Assembly: GCA_051362555.1 (NCBI GenBank)
Contig: CM120643.1
Location: 2,542,001 to 2,606,000 of the forward strand
DNA from: Lingula anatina
Taxonomy: Eukaryota > Animalia > Brachiopoda
Length of the DNA stretch: 64,000 nt
Reading direction: 5' to 3'
Part shown: piece by piece, positions 12,559-23,100 of the stretch
Layout: every line of letters begins with the position of its first letter
Numbering within the stretch: the first letter of the stretch is position 1
Made by a program: the position numbers and the translations under genes
Notes under the pieces: model-generated
What the model was told of the DNA's origin: nothing
Seen by the model: the letters and a program-made list of their open reading frames with translations, nothing else
Database searches by the model: none

Positions 12559-14294
12559 GTTTAAGACAAATGCCCGAGTAAACTCTCTTATTACTGTGAA
12601 TCGCTTCAGAAATGATAGAGAGATGTTCACATCGCGTTCATTTACTACGGTGACACGAATTTCAACGGTATCGTTGTTTCGCGATAAGGGGCCTATCTGC
12701 ATATACGTGAATGTATCTTCTGTTTAACCCGATTCGATAATTTTTTAATAATCAATCACTGAATGTTGCCTTTGGTGAACGCCAAAATGTGTAATTGCAG
12801 GAACGACATATACCACGGATAATGGCATGCTTCAGTTTTATTCAGAATTGCAATATGTCTTCGTCTAGGTGGTTAGCTACTGAACAAATGTAGTCTAAGT
12901 TGCAAAGCTTGAAATCTGTGGCGACAATTAAATGTAACCTAATTGTCCGCACTTCACTGTGACCTTCCCCTAAAGTTTACAGGCCGTTGTTATATATATG
13001 GCAGAGGGAAACAGGAAAAGATCAACGGAACTAATAAATTTCCTCTGACACAGTTGGTACATATGTCCCCGCCATCCTATAGATAATGGTTTTTCAATGT
13101 AAAAGACTACTAGTCGTATGGACACCTCGGCCTAATGCACTTGTTCTATGTGTGTCAACGCCCGCAGGGATGAGACGGTCATTAAGTGAAAAAGTCTAAA
13201 AAAATATGGCGTGGGATCCAGGGGGCATCTGTTTCGATCTCAAAAATGATTTTTTGGCTCCCCAAAAAATCGGAGATCAGCCGATAGTCGCAAAAATCCC
13301 ATTACTGCGCCTGGAGTGAAATGAGCCGGGGTCATTATGACAGTTCTCCGCCCCAACTGATACAGTTTTGCTGAACTCTACAAAGTTCATCTATTTTTTA
13401 TATTTATTTATGTATTTATTTTGTTTATTTATTTATTTATTGTAGACTAAATAGTTTCAAAGCGGCGGCGAGCTGGTTTATGTTTGAATTTCATCTCGAC
13501 GTCAGTGAATAGATCAACCATTATATAACGCACTAAGGGTTCCGTAAATCTTGCATGGACGCCGAGAAAAAAAATCCCACGTAAAAATCTTTATGACATA
13601 ACTCAACAAGGGCGTTAACACAGGAAATCACTGATGTTGCGCGTCGTCAACTGTCGTCTGCCACAACTGAGCCGCGCTTTGAAATGATCGCCTGCTAATG
13701 AGTCTCGCATCATAGTAGTCCGTCACGTCAAGGAAACGGAAACAATTTACAAACTCAACGCCCGACATTAAATCGTCCCCGTTCGGCTAAGCTAAGAAGA
13801 ATAAAAGGAACATATTTATGAACGCTGTATGTTCCCCACTCCCTATTTCAGATGGTGGTTTCTTTGGATCCAAAGCCGTCATCCAGTACATGACCATCAC
13901 GGCGGCCGCTCTGTTGTTATTGTTCAGTATGGTTTTCCTAGCGTGTGCCTGGCTAACCAAGAGAAGAAATCAAGCCGAGCAGGCAAAGTAAGTTCTATCT
14001 CCTGTTTAATTTTTTTATTAATACATCTACCTGTGCACGTGTAGGCCTATTATAAAACTCATGTGTTGCTAAATTAGTTAAATTCATCCAATCTTTCTTC
14101 ATTTCCCATGCTTTTAGCTCTACTTATTATCATTTTACCATAAGACCATTCGTTTCTTCGAGGAATTAGAATCTCAATACAAAAAGGCCAAAAGGTTCTT
14201 TTTCTTACTCTGTCAACTAAATAAATATGGAACGCATGAAAGACCATTAGTCTTATTTCTGTAAATTTGATAGGATACTCTCAACGCCTCCGGT

Positions 14295-14325
<31 letters not shown>

Positions 14326-16592
14326 TGAATCTACATAAAGACAAACACAAATCCAGTGTTCTTTGATTTAGCTATTTTCTGATATTTTTCGTTTTCAGGA
14401 AATCTCAGTCAGTTGAAATAGTTTCAGATCCGGTCGGTGAGGGTCACCAAGGTAAACACTTTTTTTCAAAGAATTTCCTTTTTCTTTTTTAAATTGTTGA
14501 AAGCGTGAAATAGCCATGAGTCGAAACCCTGACTCATTCCCAGTTGGCAGTCGTAATATCATGTTAGAAAAATGTGTGCCCGACAGCAAATGCGCCATAC
14601 AGGGTCTATTTTTATTCCACGATCGAAATATCAATTTACTTTCAGCATTCTGTACATTCTTTCACACTTAGCCATGTAATGGTAGGCCTAATTGTTCCTG
14701 GTTTGGTGGGTGTATGTTTAATAAATCAACCGTTGAAAATACAAGAATATTTTAACTGAAAAGGGAATAGTGTATTTTTCCGAGGCGTTTTGTTTATTAC
14801 AATATTTTCAAACGGATATTTTCAAGACTAGCTATTTCTTTAACTCCCGGCTTAGGGCCTGTCTTTCATAAGTCCTTGATATATTTTAAATTTGGCTTGT
14901 CGTGTTTTTACAGGCGGTCTCTATGAAGACTTACGAGAAGAGCCGGGCGCCGTAAGTGTCTCCCTCGCTGCAGACCATCTCCCGACTCCACCACCGAGAC
15001 CCAAATTGCAGCCTTCCCCAAGGCCGCCTGCTAGAGAGGCTACTCTACCCATACAACACGCAAGGCGGCTGTCCCACGAGCCTCTTACACGGTGCTCCAT
15101 AGAGGAAACAGAATACATTAACTCTCCCCCTCCTGCTAACATTAATTCGAGAGCCGAGAAGGGGTATGCTTTACGGGGTAAAGGGCAGAACTTCTACGAA
15201 GGAAGAATTGAGGAGTCTCTTAAACAGTGTTCCTGCGACGAAGCAGATAATAATCATTCTCTTCCCACCACAGAAAATGAATATGTTCCGATGACAGGGA
15301 GTATCAAAACTAAAAAAATAAACAAAAATGAGAAGGATCATGTTGAGTATATCATCATGAAAGACGACTGCGGCAAAATCGAAGCAAGCGATCGGGGGCC
15401 CAAGCTGAAGGCGAAACAAAACGACAGTAATGAAAATATATACATAAATAACAACCCTCCCCAGGAGAACGCGTACTTAGAATTAATCGAACAGGAATCT
15501 AATAATAATTTCTTCCAATTTCCAAGACCGGGAAGTCGTCTGCATGCTAGTATGGTGGAGTCATTCGAGAAAACCGCCATGATGAAAAGCCCAAGGTCAA
15601 GGTTACCCGCGAGCGCAAGGTCATCGTCAAAGTCACCACCCAGGTCAAGGTCATCTGTGATGTCATCAAATGGAGGTTATCACAAAGAGTTAATGTCAGA
15701 AGAGATTCCAGGCGTTGCAAATCTTTGCAAGGTTGACTATAACAGGGGGAATGGGACCCCTCATCCTAAACAAAACAACATCATTAAAGCCTGCACGCTA
15801 CCAAGTAAGCTCATGAAAAAGGAAGTCCAAAACACACCCAACGCCAAGTCTCAAAATATTAAACTGAAGTGTGCACAGCATTCTAAAGCTCCCTCTGATT
15901 CCAGTGTGGTTCACTTATGGCGAACTCCACACAATGAAGTCATACAGACAACACCTTCAACAAAACGTTACTGCAGACAGAAGAAAACTGACTCTCTTTG
16001 TCCACCGCCTGATGACTACGGTCCGCCATTAGATAAAGACCTGGGCATTCATCTTACACCAAGATCGAAACGCTACAATAAAAAGGCAACCACAACGTGT
16101 CCCGAGGAAGCGCCCTCTTTTGGTGGATTCAAAAAGAACACGAGTTGTTCTGATAAAGTCCTTTCATTTGGTAGACGTAGCAGCGGAGTGGTTAATATGG
16201 CATTTGCTGATGATCCCGTTGTGGATCTCAGCCCGCCCATCACAGTGGAGGAAAATGGTTATGATTTCGTGGAGGAGTACACAGAGATTGATGATGACGA
16301 ATGCGATTCTCCAGAGGAGTACCAAGAAATTAATGATTTCGATGAAGATGAAGAAGAAGATCCTAGAAAAGCTGTTCTTCTTCCAATACGGATTAAGAAG
16401 AAGAAAAGTCTCACTGATGAATTACCAGCCTACTTCGCCAAGATAAAGCCAAAGACAACTCCCAGTGGTGATATTAAAGCATGCTGTAAAAAGTTAACCA
16501 CCAAGAGTCTCTCTGATGATTACGCTAACATAGAGAGAAGGAAGCTGCCACCAATACCATCAAATAATTTAAGGCATTCCATTGAAAAGTAA
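5941..16592 (+). CDS. Type I membrane protein, ~808 aa: signal peptide, one EGF domain, SEA-like domain, TM helix, long disordered Tyr/Pro-motif cytoplasmic tail
   Basis: Exons 5941-6028, 10130-10255, 11335-11429, 11783-11853, 12295-12473, 13852-13987, 14399-14451, 14914-16592. All GT-AG and phase-compatible (2427 nt). N-terminus MALTCDKSTRLILILSCLNVVYLMTLSGHG; EGF CLDVGCRHQGRCITQDASNQSWCECDRGYRGEYC; TM YMTITAAALLLLFSMVFLACAWL then TKRR. The SEA assignment is from pattern only. Confidence 0.8.
6093..6147. repeat. (GA)n microsatellite
   Basis: Direct observation. Confidence 0.95.
7281..8606 (-). CDS. Chitin deacetylase-like / polysaccharide deacetylase (CE4, NodB domain) with signal peptide and C-terminal TM helix; CDS in one exon
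   Basis: CE4 motifs TFDD, HSLSH, RVPF, YDKS and LLLH, plus CHIPKCHC and NPNGCPI typical of animal CDAs. Hydrophobic N-terminus from ATG 8606 (alternative ATG 8624). TM PYVYFIFAIFGLFLLLFG followed by RRCLWRCRR. Upstream acceptor at 8645-8646. Confidence 0.9.
   Translation of the reverse strand: MKIIYSSLPFLLWVYHYVSLCLFLQGAGTVNADELGRAPDAETCAPSECHIPKCHCPSSNPPGNIEPSKTPQVILITFDDAVHSVNIDYFRAIFNPKYKNPNGCPIGGTFFVSDAADGFGLETQYEVAKELHGRGLEIAVHSLSHTYPEQWWSGNATYKDYVKEMVGQRRKISQRAGIPEGDLVGVRVPFMSIGGDNMYKALYDNNFVYDKSMLTGSLHFKDRSLPLFPYTLDFPPQVGTVCDNGRVGSLNCPRGSYPGFWAVPVNRPFRKETGESCNGADALGCDFSEDEDVFEFYVHNFNLHYENNRAPLCLLLHSSWFKSHPEGVDIVKQFIEYVASYKDVYIITVQELVQWMKQPTEVSQIHNFKPWRTRCTGDEKSTDFSDLFLDFLNSPYVYFIFAIFGLFLLLFGRRCLWRCRRLLISFGKTTDGKTERVKVDY
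12501..12556. repeat. (TTA)n microsatellite
   Basis: Direct observation. Confidence 0.95.
13165..13307. mobile_element. MITE family C copy (CAGGGATGAG..CTCATCCCTG TIRs, hAT-like termini)
   Basis: Homologous copies at 31345-31479, 32090-32222 (inverted), 47368-47487, ~54520-54595 and 62670-62724 share ttttggctccc..aaaagtcgga..gatagtc..aaaatctcatccctg. Confidence 0.7.
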
Positions 16593-17192
16593 AAATGTTT
16601 CAGCACTCTCTAAGATTGCTTTTTTTTTCAAAACAGATCGCAATGAAACCATGAAGTTTATTCCGTATGGGTGAATTTTGATGGAGGATTCAGGAAAAAG
16701 CATGATTCTGAGGGCAGAATTTTCTGAAAACTGACCCATGTCTAAGCCAAGCCTACCTACCAACGCTGTAAAAAAAGCAACAATCATGTACAGTAGACAT
16801 TTATCATATAAAATGCTCTTTTTATTACAGACAGAAAAATATTCTTACAATATTTGTACAACTTCATTTATAATAAAAAAAGAGTTAAAATAAAATTAAT
16901 AATTGACCGTATCGTTTTTACCTCTTTCCAAAAACAATGTCTTGTTTTTTTTACATTCCTGACGTTCTCAAGTGCATAAAAAATCATGTGCACTGAAATA
17001 GCTGACAGTCCTGTATTCATAAATGTTTTTAAAAAATCTGAAGTTCAGCCCAGTTGCAGCAATTATTCAAGGAATTATATCTGCCATGTCTATTTTCTTC
17101 ATTTTGATCAGGTACTGAAGCTCCAACAGTCAATAATTCAGTAAAATATTGTCTTAATAAATGCAACAAGTGAAATGAAATATTCAGTATAA

Positions 17193-20100
17193 CTATTTTC
17201 CTTCAGCGTCACTCACTGATGGAGATTCATTTCCTGAAGGAGAATCACACACCCTCAAAGATGGGCCCTGGTCTAAAAATGCCTGTAATTCATTGTCCAA
17301 ATCTGCAGGGGTGTCATCATGACTCAGATGAGACACAGCCTGTGATTGGGCATCTTCATTATCTCCTGCTCCATCTGATTGGTCCCCTGGATTTGGAATG
17401 GAGATCCCCATAGCAGACCTGACAGCATCAGTGGATACCACTTCTCCAGGAGTCACCTAAAAAAAAATTAAGATACAATTATTAAATTGAAAATATATGA
17501 AAATACCTATGGAATTCTGGTGGCATTTTAATGACCAAATTGTGAAAACGTTGGAAGATTAAACATAATGCCTTTTCAAAAGATTCCCATAAGATATTAA
17601 GTTTCTAGTCACTTTCTAGTCTAAACAAATTCTGTGAAAGTAAAAATCTTAAACTGGCCAATATTAAGTCAACACACAAAATAAAACTCTTACAAGTTAA
17701 AATCACCATCACAATTCCCATCTTTACCTACCTGCTTGGTTAGTTTTGTTAACTGATCTGTCACTTGTCCAGCTAGAAAAAAGGTAGATGTATATATAAA
17801 TAATATAATAATAATATGCACAAAAAAGTAATTAGTATACATACATGTATATACAGAATATATGTAATCATCTCCAATATGTGTAACAGACTGTCATATA
17901 ATAAGTACATAGTAAAAATCAGACATTCAAATTTTAAGTAAAAAAATTGCTGAAATGCACCTGTTGACCCCTAAATAACCAGAAAACAACAACCAACAAA
18001 CCAAGCAACCAGCTTCCAACCAGCAAACAAAGAACCAACCAATCAACCAACCAAACCACCACCAATACACCTCCTGTTCTCTCCCTACCCAGTGTCATCT
18101 CCTTGGCCGAGGGGCCCTGGATGTGGGCTAGGTGTGCGGGGGGTTTCTGTCGCAGCCTCTCCTCCTGACTGTCCCGTAGGTTCTTGATCAGATCTGCCGC
18201 CGTGTTCAGCTCCTTCTGGACCTGCTTCTCTTTGCTTTGTTTCTCTGTAGATAGAATGAGAGATGTGAAATTTTTTTTATTTTGCTTCTCTGTGAGGATG
18301 GAGGGTGAAATAGGAGATAAAGAATTTTGGAATTGAAATCGACTGAGATTGGATTTTTTGAAGCTGTATCAGTTCATGTGAGCATTATCCCTTGTTTGGC
18401 TAAAAATACTTGGTTGACTAGTTTGATAAAATTACTTCTTTGTTACCATTTGAAAGCTATGAACTGATATTCAAAATAGGCACTAAACATGTAGTTTGTT
18501 TTTTTTTTGCTTCTCAAAAATTATACAAGAAATCCATTTCAAGAAACAAAAACTTACCAAAATTGTCTAAGAATGACATATCAATACCCAGTTCTGATTC
18601 CAGGGATTTCAGTTCTTTAAAATTGATTTCTGGATCTGATGACTTCGTCTCTTCACTATCAGTCTCCATTTTTTCTTCATTTGGTTTGTCTCCATCTACT
18701 CCCTGTTTGAAACAAATGAAAAAATTCAGTATTTCTATTTTTTTTACATTCTCAGACAATTTTTATCAATTTCACTTTTCTCTTCCACTAAATTTGGATC
18801 AGCCAATTAATTATGCGATTACTCAGATCTGTTACAGGTTGAAACATTAGACCTGTAGGAAGCGGGATGTGGGAGGTCTAAAAGAACTGCCTATTTAGAT
18901 CAAAGTTGGATCCAGATTCTATGGCATTTCAACAGCTGGTCAACAGAAGGGGTGTAAAGGTCGACTATTTCAATACCTTGTCTGTAACTTTTTGACCTTC
19001 ATCCTTGTTCAGTTTCTCTTCTTGCTTTTTCTTTTCTTCTTCTTCTTTCTGTAACACAATAAAATATATTTATATACAGACTATGTATAAACTTAAATCC
19101 ATTTAACAGACAGCTTTAATCCTTCCAAAATGTCTGGTTTTCTCAGACAAAATCCCATCATTTACTCATTTGTGGCGTATGTTTTAAAAATTGTTTTCAA
19201 AAAAAGAAAATGTACCTTTTTCAGCAGCATTTTCTGTGCCTTGGCGTGCTCTCCTCCAGTGAGATAATTTAACAAACTGTCCACCAGAGTGACCGTCTGG
19301 GTGCCGCAGTTCTCAACAAAATCCTTCAGGCTGGAATACAGTACTCTCTTAATTAAGATTTATTAAACTTACATAATTCTAAAACTGTCTTTTTCTTAAA
19401 ATTACTTTCTCTTTGTCAACAAAGCTGAACTCTTAAGATCAAATTAGAACAATTAACATTTCATAGTGCTGTGGACAGTAATAATATCAGTATGGAAATG
19501 ACAGTACTATTCAAGAAGACTTCCAATGTCATAAGCCCCCTACCTGTTGGCATACTGAACACCAGTTTCACAGCCGTATGTAGAGAGCAACAGGTCTGAA
19601 TCCTCCTTGGAAAGGTTGGCAAACGAAGAGTCGTATGACGGGGCGAAGCTGCTGAATGGGGCGTAACTGAGGTAGTTCACTGGAAGAGTGGAGAAGTGGA
19701 AATAGTACATGATTACAAACTTGACAACCCATCTTAGCTCAATAAAAGTGATTCTCAAGTAACTGATATAGTTTCCCCCAATTTCATGTTATAAATGTAT
19801 ACTTACATCAATATTCTAACAAATATGTAATGATAATAACTTAAAAATTGGATATCTGCCACATATAACCACATCACAACATCACCGTCACCACACACAG
19901 ACACACACATACATACACAGACACACATACACACAAACAGACCCCCCCCCCCCCCACACACACACACACGCAGAGACAACACACACAGCCCAATACCATA
20001 CCTGGTTTGACTACATTTCTCTTATCTTCCTTGAAGCCTGATATAGCCCCCGTGCCCTGGCTGAGTTTACCCACCAGACCTCCTATAGTGATCACTCTCT

Positions 20101-23100
20101 CTGTTTCACTCACTGGAATATAAATCACATCAATAACACTAGTCTATACATGTGATATAGCCCCCGTGCCCTGGCTGAGTTTACCCACCAGACCTCCTAT
20201 AGTGATCACTCTCTCTGTTTCACTCACTGGAATATAAATCATATCAATAACACTAGTCTATACATGTGATATAGCCCCTGTCCCCTGGCTGAGTTTACCC
20301 ACCAGACCTCCTATAGTGATCACTCTCTCTGTTTCACTCACTGGAATATAAATCATATCAATAACACTAGTCTATACATGTGATATAGCCCCCGTGCCCT
20401 GGCTGAGTTTACCCACCAGACCTCCTATAGTGATCACTCTCTCTGTTTCACTCACTGGAATATAAATCATATCAATAACACTAGTCTATACATGTGATAT
20501 AGCCCCCGTGCCTTGGTTCAGTTTACCCACCAGACCTCCTATAGTGATCACTCTCTCTGTTTCACTCACTGGAATATAAATAATATCAATAACACTAGTC
20601 TATACATGTGATATAGCCCCCGTGCCTTGGCTGAGTTTACCCACCAGACCTCCTATAGTGATCACTCTCTCTGTTTCACTCACTGGAATATAAATCATAT
20701 CAATAACACTAGTCTATACATGTGATATAGCCCCCGTCCCCTGGCTGAGTTTACCCACCAGACCTCCTATAGTGATCACTCTCTCTGTCTCACTCACTGG
20801 AAGATAAATCATATCAATAACACTAGTCTATACATGTGATATAGCCCCCGTGCCTTGGCTGAGTTTACCCACCAGACCTCCTATTGTGATCACTCTCTCT
20901 GTCTCACTCACTGGAATATAAATCATATCAATAACACCAGTATGATAAACCCTCTAAACATATGTTTTATGATTAAAGTTGGCCATTATTTCTATACAAA
21001 ACACTGTTTATTTTTAGTTTATTCACTGTTAAGTGTGTGTCCATGATAGGACCAGTCAGAGGGTGGCAAGGTGGGGGTCAACAGATTTCAACCAAATTCA
21101 TAATATTGTTGCATATGGAGGAGATATTAAGATTGAAGGCAACAATCCCAAAAGAAATCATTGGATATAATTATAATATGATATTTTATGTTTTGGCCAT
21201 TTTTGGCTTGATTTTCAGCTTCGGTCAATAAAGCCACTTCATAAGCAAATATGTCAAAACTGATGACTTTTTAAAATTAATTGAAAATTTACTTATTTAA
21301 ACCAGCCATTTGCCATTGAGAATATGTTACTAAATTTCAGTTTAACCCACAAACTAACGAGCCATGCCCATTTTTATGACCCCACCCCCCAAACTCACTT
21401 TTCTACCAAGCAATGTTCAAGCATTCATATCTCTCTTTTTGCAGGCTTGACAGCCATAAAATTTTATAGAAATCCTAAGCATATATTGGTCTAATCATAC
21501 AAAATTCAAAAAGTGTGTTAAACACAACAGAAGATATTGAAAAAGTGCCTCAAACTTTAGCAATTTTAGCAGAAAACCAAACGGCCGAAATCAAGATATC
21601 AGTACATTTTGAGATAATACCTTCCAATAATCAAATTTAATCAAAGACTCACAGCCAGGAATTCAAACTATGCTTTGATAACGGCAAATCTATCCAATTT
21701 TTATAAATACAAAATGGCTGCCATCAAATCTGCCCCAAAATACAGTTACCCTAATTCCTCAAAATAATCAAGAGGCCCATTTTTGCAGGTTTTTTATTTT
21801 GAGATCTGTAATACAGGATTGCTCAAATAATATTCTTTTCAAACAGAGCCATACAACTTCTGAATAAATTTAAATTACTAGTGACAAGTTATTCACCCCC
21901 CCCCCCCCCCCCCCATTTAATAAGTTATTACTGTGCATATCCAGTATCATCAGCATTGTGTATATACCTTATTTTCAGGGAGCAATAGAGAAAAAAATTA
22001 CAAATGATTTTTCTAAAGGTAAAAGGGAATGACTTTCTCATTTTATCAGTTTTCTCAAGTGCAACACTAATTAATCCACTTGAAATGATTTATATTGCAT
22101 TTTTCAACCAATTTTTTTCCTTTCAAATGATTCATAGGCTTTGTAAATACATGTGATATCTTGATATCTATATTCTTTTTCTATAAAGAAAATTAAAACA
22201 GAGTCAGCAACATACAATAACAGGAGGAGTACTTTATTTTCATATTATCAATTGGACAGTAAAAGAACAAAGCAGTTACTTTTTACAGGAGTGAAATCAA
22301 GTTATGAATCTCCAAGGTTCCAATATCACGGTCATCTTTTCCATATACTGAACACAACAGTGATGGGTAGTGTTCCACAGATTTTAATCTTATAACTGAT
22401 TGGTCCCCAAGTTTCTTCTTCTGGTTGAGAGATCCAGGGTCTCCTACAGTAATGATAATTCAGCAATCTTAGAATAAGTGTGGTAACTTGAAGCAACATG
22501 CCACTATAGTTTAGTGTGACTGAACTGTCAATTGTCAATATTTGTCAATTCAATGGCGCCAATTATCCTCCTTTCCTACAAAACTGATTGAGATTACCAA
22601 GCCTAAGATGCACATTTGTTATGGGGGATTGACCCAAGGTGGCTCTAAGTCCAATAGAGGTTTGCCACGATATCCACTACTGCATCTACCTGAAGATGGC
22701 AGGACAGGCTGTCAAAAGAAAATGTATTTAACATATTTTAAACTCATGTTAATTGCTGTATAAGAACAATTACTAAATAATATTCTGATCAAACATATTG
22801 CATAAGTGTAAAAAAGGAAATCAAATATGCATGATTGTAGCTACCAGAATTTCATGATAGAAAAAGAAACAAATGAAAAAAAGGTAAACCCTTTTTCTTC
22901 TCCGTGGAAGTGTTCCAGGCATTACAAAGTTGGTGGTCACATCTGAATCTGATGAATTTGCCTGTGCAATTTCAGGTGACTTTTCTATTATTGTCTGTAA
23001 GATTGTCCAGGTCCAGGTTCACATACAGGCCTAGGATGTAAAATCTGAAAAATAAACATAACATCAATAAATGCTTTACAACAACAGAGGCTTACTGTGT

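Noticed and set aside
18848-18937. H/ACA-like pattern (hairpin-AAAGAA-hairpin-ACA) on the + strand
   Set aside because: Antisense to the host BRD7/9 intron, and the first hairpin is too short.
20039-20941. Regular repeat array resembling a CRISPR locus
   Set aside because: Units are wholly repeated with no unique spacers, derive from a BRD7/9 exon, and there are no cas genes in this eukaryotic context.
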